Origin: Candidatus Electronema aureum | Lineage (GTDB): Bacteria > Desulfobacterota > Desulfobulbia > Desulfobulbales > Desulfobulbaceae | Assembly (NCBI GenBank): GCA_004284765.1 | Contig: NQJD01000018.1 | Coordinates: 16,304 to 48,303, forward strand | Reading direction: 5' to 3' | DNA: 32,000 nt | Program-made: the position numbers and the translations under genes | Part shown: in pieces, positions 23,154 to 32,000 of the stretch | How positions within the stretch are numbered: the stretch's first letter is position 1 | Layout of the letters: every line of letters begins with the position of its first letter | The notes under the pieces: generated by a model | The model's database searches: none | What the model was told of the DNA's origin: nothing | The model's input: only the letters and a program-made list of their open reading frames with translations

Positions 23154-24095
23154 ATGACCTCTTCCTTGCGCATTGTTTTCATGGGCACCCCGCTCTTTGC
23201 CCTGCCTACTCTTCAAGCTCTGCTCGATGGCCCAGATAACGTAGTTGGCGTGGTTTGCCGGACAGACAGCGTACAGGGTCGAGGCCGGAAATGCTGCTCG
23301 CCGCCGGTGAAAACGCTGGCCGAGCAAGCTGGGATTCCAGTGTTCCAGCCAGAATCCATCCGCAATGACGAGTTTTTTGAGATTATCCAGACTCTCCAAC
23401 CGGATATGATGGTGGTTATTGCCTACGGTAAAATTCTGCCGGGCCGCTTGCTGCGGCTACCGCGTTTCGGTACCATCAACGTGCATGGCTCACTCTTGCC
23501 CAAATACCGGGGAGCTGCGCCCATTCAGCGGGCACTGATTAATGGCGAGAAGGAAACCGGGGTGACGATCATGCAGATGGATGAGGGCATTGACACCGGC
23601 GACATTCTTCTGCCCGCCCGCTTGCCGATTACCGATGACGACACCAGCGGCAGTCTTTCCAGCAAATTAGCCCAGCTCGGCAGTGAGGCTTTACTTGAGG
23701 CCATCGTCCGGCTTAAACAAGGCCATCTTCCGGCAATCAAGCAAGATGAAGCGCAGGCCACGTATGCGGCCATGCTCGACAAAGAGCTGGGGCATATCGA
23801 CTGGAACCGCTCGGCCCGCGAGCTGCATTGCCTGATTCGAGGTCTTGATCCTTGGCCTTCTGCGTATGGCTTCATTGACGGCAAACGCTTCCGTTTCTTC
23901 CAGCCGCACGTGGTGCTCGGCAAGGTAAACGAGCTGCCGGGTACTATCTGTCGGGCTGATTGCAACGGAATTCTGGTCGCCACCGGTAAGGATTATCTGC
24001 TGATTCGGGAAATCCAGCCAGAGGGCAAGAAGCGAATGTGTGTGCAAGCCTGTATCTGCGGGATGCAGCTGCCCATTGGTCAGCAATTTACCTGA
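23154..24095 (+). CDS. fmt: methionyl-tRNA formyltransferase
   Basis: LRIVFMGTPLFALPTLQALL, INVHGSLLPKYRGAAPIQRALINGEKETGVTIMQMDEGIDTGDIL, and a C-terminal PUA-like domain. I prefer the ATG at 23154 over the track start, which is the T of the promoter TTGACA. Confidence 0.9.
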   Translation: MTSSLRIVFMGTPLFALPTLQALLDGPDNVVGVVCRTDSVQGRGRKCCSPPVKTLAEQAGIPVFQPESIRNDEFFEIIQTLQPDMMVVIAYGKILPGRLLRLPRFGTINVHGSLLPKYRGAAPIQRALINGEKETGVTIMQMDEGIDTGDILLPARLPITDDDTSGSLSSKLAQLGSEALLEAIVRLKQGHLPAIKQDEAQATYAAMLDKELGHIDWNRSARELHCLIRGLDPWPSAYGFIDGKRFRFFQPHVVLGKVNELPGTICRADCNGILVATGKDYLLIREIQPEGKKRMCVQACICGMQLPIGQQFT

Positions 24096-24101
24096 ACGGC
24101 C

Positions 24102-25265
24102 ATGCGCATCTGCTATTTCGACTGTTTTTCCGGGATTAGCGGCAATATGCTGCTCGGTGCGCTGCTTGATGCTGGTTTGCCAGAAGCACTGCTGCGGGCT
24201 GAACTCGACAAGCTCAAACTGACCAGCTGGCGGTTAGAAATCAAGCCGGTAGTCAAGGCCGGGCTGCGGGCGGTGATGGTCAAGGTGCGGGCCGAGGTAG
24301 AACAGCAGCGGCATCTCGCTGATATTCAGACACTGCTGGAGCAATCTGAGTTGAATAGAGTGATTATCCGTCGCGTCTTGGCTGTGTTCCAGCGGTTAGC
24401 TGAAGCCGAGGCTCGCGTTCACGGCACGACCGTTGAAGAAGTGCATTTTCACGAAGTTGGCGCGGCAGATGCCATCATCGACATTGTCGGCGCAGTGGTT
24501 GGGCTGCATCATCTCGGCATCAACGAGATTGTTTGCTCGCCTTTGCCCATGCCGCGTGGCTGGGTGCGCTGTGCGCACGGCGAGCTACCTCTGCCTGCGC
24601 CTGCGGTCTGTGAGCTACTAAAAGGCATACCGGTGCAAGGCGAAAACTTGGCACAGGAATTAGTCACGCCAACTGGTGCAGCTTTAGCCGTGGAATTGAG
24701 TCGTTCCTTCGGGCCGCTACCGCCCATGTTCATTGAACAAACGAGTTATGGCGCAGGCTCCAGAGAGCGCAGGGATAGGCGACCAAACCTGCTTCGCTTA
24801 CTGATCGGACGCAGGCAAGCGGTTGAAGAATCGCAGCTTGTTGAAGTGATCGAAACTCAGATAGATGACTGGAACCCAGAGTTCTGGCCGCATGTCTCAG
24901 CTCGGCTGCTGGCAGCAGGTGCGCTGGATGTCAGTCTGCTGCCTATTCAGATGAAAAAGGGGCGGCCCGGCTTTCTACTGCGTTTGCTTGCTGATCCTGC
25001 TCACGCCATCCAATTGAAAGAGCTGGTTCTGAGCGAGACCAGCGCGATTGGTCTCCGTTTTCATAATATGCAGCGCATGACCTTGCCTCGAACCGTGGTT
25101 GAGTTGGAAACCCCTTGGGGAATAGTACGAGGAAAGAAAGTGGAATTACCGGACGGCAGCAGCCGCATCAAGCCCGAATACGAAGACTGCGCAAGGTTAG
25201 CAAAGAAGTCAGGCGGTTCTCTTCAGCAGATTCATGCAGCGGCCTTGGAGAATAGCAATGGATAA
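24102..25265 (+). CDS. larC: nickel-pincer cofactor biosynthesis protein LarC (DUF111 family)
   Basis: MRICYFDCFSGISGNMLLGALLDAG, HFHEVGAADAIIDIVG and the C-terminal KKGRPG motif are typical of LarC/UPF0272. Confidence 0.85.
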   Translation: MRICYFDCFSGISGNMLLGALLDAGLPEALLRAELDKLKLTSWRLEIKPVVKAGLRAVMVKVRAEVEQQRHLADIQTLLEQSELNRVIIRRVLAVFQRLAEAEARVHGTTVEEVHFHEVGAADAIIDIVGAVVGLHHLGINEIVCSPLPMPRGWVRCAHGELPLPAPAVCELLKGIPVQGENLAQELVTPTGAALAVELSRSFGPLPPMFIEQTSYGAGSRERRDRRPNLLRLLIGRRQAVEESQLVEVIETQIDDWNPEFWPHVSARLLAAGALDVSLLPIQMKKGRPGFLLRLLADPAHAIQLKELVLSETSAIGLRFHNMQRMTLPRTVVELETPWGIVRGKKVELPDGSSRIKPEYEDCARLAKKSGGSLQQIHAAALENSNG

Positions 25266-25719
25266 GCTTTTCCTGTTCATCGCTACCGGCGCAGGCAGTG
25301 GCTATTTGCCCAAGGCTCCGGGTACTTGGGGTTCGCTGGTGGGTGTGTTGCTTTGGTTAGCTGGAATGCACCGGCTTGCCCTTGGCTCTTATCTGGCAGT
25401 GCTGGCGGTGCTGTTTATCATCGGCACCGTTGCTGCCAGTGCAGCGGAAAAAATCGTTGATCAAGGCGATCCCGGCATTGTAGTGATTGACGAAATTGTC
25501 GGCCAGCTGCTTACCCTAACTTTGGCTCCTGCCCACCCGTTAGCTGCCTTGGCGGGCTTTGCCTTATTCAGGCTTTTCGACATCCGCAAGCCCTTTCCGG
25601 TGGGCTGGCTTGATCAGCGCATCCACGGTGGTTTGGGCATCATGCTGGATGATGTGGCAGCAGGGATTTACGCCTTGCTTATTCTTCAGGCCGGAGTTTG
25701 GCTGTGCAGTAGTATCTAA
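25258..25719 (+). CDS. pgpA: phosphatidylglycerophosphatase A
   Basis: GAGSGYLPKAPGTWGSLVG, VIDEIVGQ, FRLFDIRKPFPV and DDVAAG are PgpA signatures. The ATG overlaps the larC stop (ATGGATAA). Confidence 0.85.
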   Translation: MDKLFLFIATGAGSGYLPKAPGTWGSLVGVLLWLAGMHRLALGSYLAVLAVLFIIGTVAASAAEKIVDQGDPGIVVIDEIVGQLLTLTLAPAHPLAALAGFALFRLFDIRKPFPVGWLDQRIHGGLGIMLDDVAAGIYALLILQAGVWLCSSI

Positions 25720-25733
25720 TCGTCTGAAAAACA

Positions 25734-27623
25734 ATGAAGCCTGACTTTCTTGAATATGTCCATGATCATGTGGTGCTGGGCGATGGTGCGCTTGGCTCCT
25801 ATCTCTTTGAGCAAGGGGTAGAGCGGGGCCGTAACTTAGACCTACTCAATATCCAATCACCAGAGATCATCTTTGCCGCGCATGAGGAGTACATCCGGGC
25901 AGGCAGTCAGCTGATTGAGACCAACACCTTTGGTGCCAATCGTTTTAAGCTGCGTGAAGCAGGTGCTGGTGAGCGGGCGCGGGAGATCAGTCGTCTTGGG
26001 GCGGAGATTGCCGCCAAAGCCGCTGGGCAGCAGGTCTATGTGGCTGGTTCAGTTGGGCCAACCGGTCTTGCCTTTCCTTTGGATGAAGAAGAAACAGCCG
26101 TCGATGCGATTCAAGACAGCTTCCGGGAGCAGGTGCTTGGATTAGCTGAAGGCGGGGCTGATCTGCTGATTTTGGAGACCTTCTCTAACCTTGAGGAAAT
26201 TCTCTTGGCAATAGAGGCGGCCCGCAGCGTGGCACCGCAGCTACCGGTGGTCGCGCAGATGGTTTTTCCTGCCAAGGGACTGACTGTACTCGGCGAGGAT
26301 GCCTTGATTTGCGGCCAGCGGATGCGGGCTGCCGGGGCAGCCTTGGTTGGCACTAACTGCGGGCGCGGCGTTGATGCGACGGTGCAGGCCATTGTCCGTA
26401 TGTCGCCTTTGGCTGCCGAAGGCACACCGCTTTCCGCATTCCCCAACGCAGGCCTGCCGGAGATGCTGGATGGTCGTATGATCTACCCGGCCCAGCCTAG
26501 CTACATGGCAGTACGAGCCAAGGAGATGATCCGCAATGGCGTGCATCTGATCGGCGGTTGCTGCGGTACTCAGCCTGCACATATCCAAGAATTTCGCTCC
26601 GTATTGCGGATCAAGCCGGTGCGGGTACAGGTCTCAGGCATAGCGGTCAAAGCAGAGGAGCCTGCGACCGCGCCTGTTGCAGCCAAGAACGGCGGCTTCC
26701 TTGATTCTCTGCAACCGGGCCGTCTGCCGATCATTGTGGAGCTTGACCCGCCTGCCCATTTGGATGTAGAACCCGTGCTGCGCGGGGCAGCAGAGCTGGT
26801 TAAGGCCGGAACAGATGCCATCTCGCTCGGTGAGAATCCCTTGGCGGTTTTGCGGGCAGGCAATCTGAGCTTGGCCGCGCTCATCCGTCAACGCACCGGC
26901 ATTCAGACTATCCTCCATCAGACAGGCCGGGACGTGAACGCCCTTGGTCTCCAATCGAGGATGATGGATGCGCATCTGCTCGGTATCGAGGCGGTACTGG
27001 CCGTGTCTGGTGACTCTGCGGCAGGTACCGATCAACCAGGCGTGAGCGGCGTGTTCGATCTGCGCTCCTACGGTCTGATCAGTATGCTAGAGGGCCTCAA
27101 TCGCGGCCAGAGCATGGCTGGGCAGCCGCTCCGTCAGCAGTGCAACTTCTCTATCGGCTGTGCCTTCAGCTATCGTCCCTCTGACCCTGAAACCCAGCTC
27201 CGGCGCTTAGAGAAGAAGGCAGAGCTGGGTGCCCGCTTTGCTATGACTCAACCGCTCTTTTCCGTTGCTGCGGTGGAACAAATGTTGGAGCAGGTAAGGC
27301 ATCTTGACATCTTGGTCTTTCCGGGTATCTTTCCTCTGATCTCAGCCCGCAACGCCGAGTTTCTGCATAATGAAGTACCAGGGATCTCAGTGCCACAGGA
27401 GCTGCGTAATCGCTTGGCCCAGTTCAGCCAAGTCGCAGATCAACGCAAGGCTGCGCTGGAGTACACCGCAGCATTAGTTGCCCAGATCGCCCCATTTATT
27501 GACGGGCTGTACCTGATTAGTCCACTTAACAAATGGGACATCGCGCTGGAATTTGTTGTCCAAGCCCGCCAAGCCGGATGGAAAGGCAGTGGCAGGGCTG
27601 ACCGGATTCATCAGCATTTTTAA
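25734..27623 (+). CDS. bifunctional homocysteine S-methyltransferase / 5,10-methylenetetrahydrofolate reductase (YitJ-like fusion)
   Basis: The N-terminal Hcy-binding domain has [15 protein letters not shown] and the Zn ligands GTNCG and IGGCCGT. The C-terminal MTHFR barrel has [15 protein letters not shown] and LAVSGD. Confidence 0.85.
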   Translation: MKPDFLEYVHDHVVLGDGALGSYLFEQGVERGRNLDLLNIQSPEIIFAAHEEYIRAGSQLIETNTFGANRFKLREAGAGERAREISRLGAEIAAKAAGQQVYVAGSVGPTGLAFPLDEEETAVDAIQDSFREQVLGLAEGGADLLILETFSNLEEILLAIEAARSVAPQLPVVAQMVFPAKGLTVLGEDALICGQRMRAAGAALVGTNCGRGVDATVQAIVRMSPLAAEGTPLSAFPNAGLPEMLDGRMIYPAQPSYMAVRAKEMIRNGVHLIGGCCGTQPAHIQEFRSVLRIKPVRVQVSGIAVKAEEPATAPVAAKNGGFLDSLQPGRLPIIVELDPPAHLDVEPVLRGAAELVKAGTDAISLGENPLAVLRAGNLSLAALIRQRTGIQTILHQTGRDVNALGLQSRMMDAHLLGIEAVLAVSGDSAAGTDQPGVSGVFDLRSYGLISMLEGLNRGQSMAGQPLRQQCNFSIGCAFSYRPSDPETQLRRLEKKAELGARFAMTQPLFSVAAVEQMLEQVRHLDILVFPGIFPLISARNAEFLHNEVPGISVPQELRNRLAQFSQVADQRKAALEYTAALVAQIAPFIDGLYLISPLNKWDIALEFVVQARQAGWKGSGRADRIHQHF

Positions 27624-27648
27624 ACTCTCACTACGGAGCTTTCCTTCT

Positions 27649-28812
27649 ATGTCGCGTCACCTCTTCACCTCTGAATCTGTTTCTGAAGGCCATCCTGACA
27701 AGGTGGCTGATCAGATATCTGATGCCATTCTCGATGCCATTCTCAAGCAAGACCCTTATGCCCGTGTTGGCTGCGAGAGCTTAGTTACCACAGGCTTGGC
27801 CATGATTGCCGGGGAAATCACCACCACAGCTTGGGTGGATATGTCGGATATCGTCCGCCAGACCATCCGCGAGATCGGCTACAACTCTTCGGACATGGGC
27901 TTTGACTGGCAGTCTTGCGCGGTCATGACCTCGATTGACAAGCAGTCGCCGGACATTGCCCAGGGCGTGAACGAGGGCAGCGGCCTTGACTTGGAGCAGG
28001 GCGCGGGCGACCAAGGTCTGATGTTTGGTTATGCCTGCGATGAGACGGAAGTGCTGATGCCGATGCCCATCACCTACGCCCACCGTTTAGTGAAGCGACA
28101 GGCTGAAGTGCGCAAAAGCGGCCTGCTGCCGTGGCTGCGTCCCGATGCCAAAAGCCAAGTCACGATTGAGTACGACAACAAGGTCGCCAAGCGGATTGAG
28201 GCCGTGGTGCTGTCGAGTCAGCACAGCCCGGATATCTCCTATGCTGACCTGAAAGAAGGCATCATGGAGGAGATCATCAAGCCCATCCTGCCTGCGGAGA
28301 TGATCGACAAAAATACAAAATACTTCATCAACCCGACCGGTCGTTTCGTCATTGGTGGGCCGGTTGGGGACTGCGGCGTGACTGGCCGCAAGATCATTGT
28401 GGACTCCTACGGCGGGCGCGGCTCGCACGGCGGCGGTGCATTCTCTGGTAAAGACCCGTCTAAAGTGGATCGCTCCTCATCGTACATGGGCCGCTATGTG
28501 GCAAAGAATATCGTTGCTGCGGGGCTGGCTTCGACCGTGGAAGTACAGGTTGCTTATGCCATTGGTATCGCCCGGCCTGTGTCGATCAATGTCAACACCT
28601 TTGGTACGGGTAAAATTTCCGAGGAACGGCTGACTGAGCTGGTGCGGCAGATATTCGATCTGCGGCCCAAGGCGATCATTCAGCAGCTCAATTTGCTCCG
28701 CCCGATCTATCGCCAGACCGCCGCTTATGGTCACTTTGGCCGCGAGCTGCCTGATTTCACTTGGGAGCGCACCGACAAGGCCGAGGAGCTGAAGGCTGCG
28801 GCGGGGATTTGA
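27649..28812 (+). CDS. metK: S-adenosylmethionine synthetase
   Basis: [37 protein letters not shown] and [16 protein letters not shown] are canonical MetK motifs. The ATG at 27649 has GGAG 10 nt upstream. Confidence 0.95.
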   Translation: MSRHLFTSESVSEGHPDKVADQISDAILDAILKQDPYARVGCESLVTTGLAMIAGEITTTAWVDMSDIVRQTIREIGYNSSDMGFDWQSCAVMTSIDKQSPDIAQGVNEGSGLDLEQGAGDQGLMFGYACDETEVLMPMPITYAHRLVKRQAEVRKSGLLPWLRPDAKSQVTIEYDNKVAKRIEAVVLSSQHSPDISYADLKEGIMEEIIKPILPAEMIDKNTKYFINPTGRFVIGGPVGDCGVTGRKIIVDSYGGRGSHGGGAFSGKDPSKVDRSSSYMGRYVAKNIVAAGLASTVEVQVAYAIGIARPVSINVNTFGTGKISEERLTELVRQIFDLRPKAIIQQLNLLRPIYRQTAAYGHFGRELPDFTWERTDKAEELKAAAGI

Positions 28813-28854
28813 TCTTTTTATCTCTTACCAAAAGAGACCGCTTTTTCAAAAAAT

Positions 28855-28900
28855 GTTCATAGAGAACCTTGGGAAAAAACCTTCAAGATTCTCTATGAAC
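28855..28900. repeat. 46-nt inverted repeat at the metK / low-GC region boundary
   Basis: GTTCATAGAGAA (28855-28866) is the perfect reverse complement of TTCTCTATGAAC (28889-28900). An inner CTTG/CAAG pair extends the structure. Confidence 0.85.
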
Positions 28901-28982
28901 AAACTTCTGAGGAAATCGGAAAAGGAATCCTGTGGCTCTGGCAGGAGTTGGAACTATAAGATTTTTTTAAAAAAGAGAATAA

Positions 28983-30509
28983 ATGAAAAAAAATGTTTTG
29001 CAGATTACCGTGCTGTTTAGCGCGGCAGCTTTGCTCTTTGGATGTCATAGCGATCCAAATGAAAATGCAAATAAGATGTATGTGGAAATTTCTCAATCTC
29101 TGCAAAAAATTCAGGAAAACAAAGGAAGTTTTACCGCTGAATATGAAGCCTACAAACAAGCGAAGATTAAGTTAAACACGTTATTGGCTGATTATCCATC
29201 TTCTGCTGTTGCAGTTACTTTGCTGTCTGGACAGACAAAAATTTTTGGATTGACGTTGAATCAGTTTCAAGAAAAGGAAAAATCGATGAAGCTGCTGGCT
29301 GATGCAGAACAGTCTCCGTTGGATGCTGCGTTAGCTATTGTTGAAACAATTGACAAAACTAGTTACCACATTTCTCCGTTATTAACGGAAATAGCGATCA
29401 CGTATGCTGAAGCAGGAGATAAAGAAACAGCAAATAGTCTTACATCCCGTTCTATCGAAACGGCTAAGTCTATCAATGATTCAGATGAGAAAGCCAATGT
29501 ATTAACTGAAATAGCGAACGAGTACGCTGAATCTGGACAGAAAGATCAGGCGGAATCGTTATTATCTGAGTCTCTTACAATAGTTAATAATGCTAATTTA
29601 GACCCTTCACGGCGATTAGGGCGTATTGCAATTGGGTATGCTAAGATCAGACAGTGCGGTCAAGCTGATAAATTAAGCAAGATGATTGGCGATATAGGTT
29701 GGATGAAAGGAATCGCTGGCGAATGTGCAAAAGCAAGGCAATTCGCCCATGCCATCAATATCGCAAAAGCCATCAAAGTTACAGGCGCACAAGCTGCTGC
29801 GTTGACTGAGATTGGAATAGCCTATGCTGAATCCGGTGGGAAAAGAGAAGCGGCACAGCTATTTTTTCAGATTTTGGAAATGATAAAGAGTATCGAGAAT
29901 TCAGGATGGAAGGCTGAATTGGTAGCTAAGGTTGCAGATGGTTATGCAAAAATTGAAAAGCAGGGAAAGGCAGAATCTTTGCTCTCCGAAGCTGCTATCG
30001 CAGCTGACACAATCAAGGGAACTGGAAATAATTTTTTATTTGCTTTTTCAGGGAAACTTGCTGCAATGGCAGTGATTTATGAAAAAAACAATAAAAAGGA
30101 TGAAGCAGAAAAAATGCTATCCAAAGCTGTTGACATAGCTAATACAATTAGCAACGATCCAAATTTCATGAAAGAACAGGCGTTATTGCATATTGTACGT
30201 AGTTGGGCTGAAGCTGGAAGGTCTGAGAAAGTCATTGAGATAGCTAAAACGATCAAAGAAGATTGGTGGCGATCTCAATCATTTTTTGCTATCATAGATG
30301 ATATTGCTAAAAAAGAAAAATTTAATCAATCAATTGCATTGGCGGAGCAAATTGAAGATTTGAGCTGGAAAGCTAAGGCGTTAAATAATATTGAAAAAGC
30401 ATACATCAGAGCCAGAAAACAACCAAGTGATGCCGATAAAGCCATCCTTCGTGAAATTGTTCATTCTGTAATAGAAGTTAGCCCATTGTTTGAGCAGGCA
30501 ACACAATAA
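28983..30509 (+). CDS. lipoprotein built from about nine TPR/Sel1-like helical repeats of roughly 40 aa
   Basis: Signal peptide with a lipobox (AALLFGC). The anchor motif (I/L)A..YA..G...(A/E)..L recurs: EIAITYAEAGDKE, EIANEYAESGQKD, RIAIGYAKIRQCG, EIGIAYAESGGKR, KVADGYAKIEKQG, AVIYEKNNKKD, IVRSWAEAGRSE and others. G+C is lower than in the core genes. Confidence 0.65.
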   Translation: MKKNVLQITVLFSAAALLFGCHSDPNENANKMYVEISQSLQKIQENKGSFTAEYEAYKQAKIKLNTLLADYPSSAVAVTLLSGQTKIFGLTLNQFQEKEKSMKLLADAEQSPLDAALAIVETIDKTSYHISPLLTEIAITYAEAGDKETANSLTSRSIETAKSINDSDEKANVLTEIANEYAESGQKDQAESLLSESLTIVNNANLDPSRRLGRIAIGYAKIRQCGQADKLSKMIGDIGWMKGIAGECAKARQFAHAINIAKAIKVTGAQAAALTEIGIAYAESGGKREAAQLFFQILEMIKSIENSGWKAELVAKVADGYAKIEKQGKAESLLSEAAIAADTIKGTGNNFLFAFSGKLAAMAVIYEKNNKKDEAEKMLSKAVDIANTISNDPNFMKEQALLHIVRSWAEAGRSEKVIEIAKTIKEDWWRSQSFFAIIDDIAKKEKFNQSIALAEQIEDLSWKAKALNNIEKAYIRARKQPSDADKAILREIVHSVIEVSPLFEQATQ

Positions 30510-30579
30510 CCTGTTCTGTATTGCCATTTCAATAGGGTGAATACAATATTTGCCCCCACTTGTTTACGGAGAGCACACT

Positions 30580-30992
<413 letters not shown>

Positions 30993-31090
30993 TGATCAAA
31001 GAAGTCAAACGCGGCCATGACGATCATGCGGCAGAAACCCGCACCGATCACGCCAGAGCGGAAAACAAGCTGAACAAACTCCGCCATGAA

Positions 31091-31399
31091 TTGGAACGCT
31101 TTCAGATTGAACTCAAACGTGCAAATGCCATTGATGAAATCAAGCTGAAAGCGCATTTCGAGGAATTTAAAACGCTGACCGCTCAACTGGCGCAGCTTCC
31201 TGAAATAAAAAGAAATATGCAACTTACTCAGCAGCTTACTACCATAGCCGAAGAATCTTCTGGCATGAGCATCAAATTGACAGCTTCCTTGCTGCCAAAA
31301 ATTATTGAGCAACTTCTACCCATAAACATTGAGTTTGAATGCGATCTGGGAGATATCATAGAAAAGCTGCTGGCTGTATTTAAAAAGATTGTTTCGTAA
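31091..31399 (+). CDS. hypothetical coiled-coil protein or gene fragment
   Basis: The first listed start is a TTG at 31091, but the frame is open from 30875 with no start codon before 31091. No family is recognised. It may be the 3' part of a disrupted gene. Confidence 0.25.
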   Translation: MERFQIELKRANAIDEIKLKAHFEEFKTLTAQLAQLPEIKRNMQLTQQLTTIAEESSGMSIKLTASLLPKIIEQLLPINIEFECDLGDIIEKLLAVFKKIVS

Positions 31400-31465
31400 G
31401 AGGAACGATTGTGTTCGCCTTTTTTATGACCTCTTGCATATAGTGTTTAAGTTTTAAATCAGTTG

Positions 31466-31474
31466 TGTTATAAT
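31466..31474 (+). promoter_or_regulatory. extended -10 promoter element upstream of the IS630-family transposase
   Basis: TGTTATAAT (TGn + TATAAT) lies about 40 nt upstream of the GTG at 31515. Confidence 0.4.
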
Positions 31475-31514
31475 TTACAACCTGAGAGGTTATTTTTTTA
31501 TTTAACTAATTAAC

Positions 31515-32000
31515 GTGTTACGTGAAACGGCTAAAGCATACAGCAATGACTTGAGAGAAAGGGTGATCAAGAATTATGAATCAGGGATATCCAAAAAAGA
31601 AATTCTTGATATTTTTATTATAAGTTTGGATGCCCTGAATAGATGGATAAGAAAATACAAAGAGACAGGAAGCATTGAATCTTATAAAAGGACAAAATAT
31701 CGTGCGAAAAAATTCAGCGACGAGGCTCTTCTTGAGCATGTTCTGAAAAATCCTTCAGCGACTCTTGAGGAAAGAGCGATGTTCTTTTCTGTCAAGCATC
31801 AGTCTGTTTATACAAGAATGAAGGCTCTTAGGATAACGCGTGAAAAAAGATTTTCCTCTATGAAGAAAGAGACGAGGAGAAAAGAAATGAGTTCTCCTCT
31901 GAGATAGAGGCCGAGAAAGAAAATAATATTGTTTATATTGATGAATCAGGCATAAAAAACACATTGAGAAATGAATACGCTTGGTCTCCTCGCGGAAAAT
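31515..32000 (+). mobile_element. IS630-family insertion sequence, 5' part (transposase in two frames; continues beyond the window)
   Basis: The N-terminal HTH region KAYSNDLRERVIKNYESGISKKEILDIFIISLDALNRWIRKYKETGSIESYKR is typical of IS630/Tc1-type transposases. After the A6G run at 31843-31849, the -1 frame reads KKIFLYEERDEEKRNEF...IVYIDESGIKNTLRNEYAWSPRGK, which is the start of the DDE domain. That frame is open to the window end. Confidence 0.8.

Noticed and set aside
25720-27648. A SAM (S-box or SAM-II-type) riboswitch upstream of the YitJ-like fusion gene or of metK.
   Set aside because: The intergenic gaps are only 14 nt (25720-25733) and 25 nt (27624-27648), too short for any riboswitch aptamer. 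I saw no conserved S-box elements.

Overview
This 32-kb window comes from a Gram-negative chromosome. Hand counts on sampled 60-nt lines give about 55-62% G+C in the core genes. The gene content (Lpt permease, GT9 heptosyltransferase, RACo-like corrinoid activator, extra EF-G paralogue) suggests an anaerobic Desulfobacterota-like organism, but that is inference only. Most of the window is housekeeping.

Plus strand, 1-6076: folA (partial), a secreted mono-haem protein, elbB, a ykgJ-like gene, then a four-gene insert, then rlmH.

Minus strand, 6079-15116: a cell-envelope/RNA block of GT9 glycosyltransferase, LPG-synthase-TM-like flippase, LptF/G permease, M23 peptidase, RNase G/E, a small lipoprotein and murJ.

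Plus strand, 15276-28812: a nuclease-helicase, an EF-G paralogue, a RACo-like ASKHA protein, fmt, larC, pgpA, a homocysteine-methyltransferase/MTHFR fusion and metK.

28.85-32 kb: a lower-GC accessory and decayed region with a helical-repeat lipoprotein, a frameshifted and truncated ahcY remnant, an orphan open frame and the start of an IS630-family element.

I saw no rRNA, tRNA or CRISPR array.

The best candidate for a novel system is the translationally coupled cassette at 2403-5615. It encodes a minimal CHAT (caspase-fold) protease with a C-terminal helical adaptor module, a 92-aa protein that is only that module, an ABC ATPase with a non-ABC helical N-terminal extension, and a very AT-rich polytopic membrane protein.

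Secondary leads:
- A roughly 100-bp promoter/leader module is present as direct repeats on both sides of the nuclease-helicase gene.
- The helicase carries six tandem HA repeats, and composition breaks where the repeat array starts.
- The EF-G paralogue lacks the switch-II catalytic His.
- A 19-nt direct repeat appears to have truncated the flippase-like gene and uncoupled it from the GT9 gene.
- The LptF/G permease is fused to an Ada-type zinc-ribbon tail.

All family calls rest on motif recognition by eye. No database search was run.
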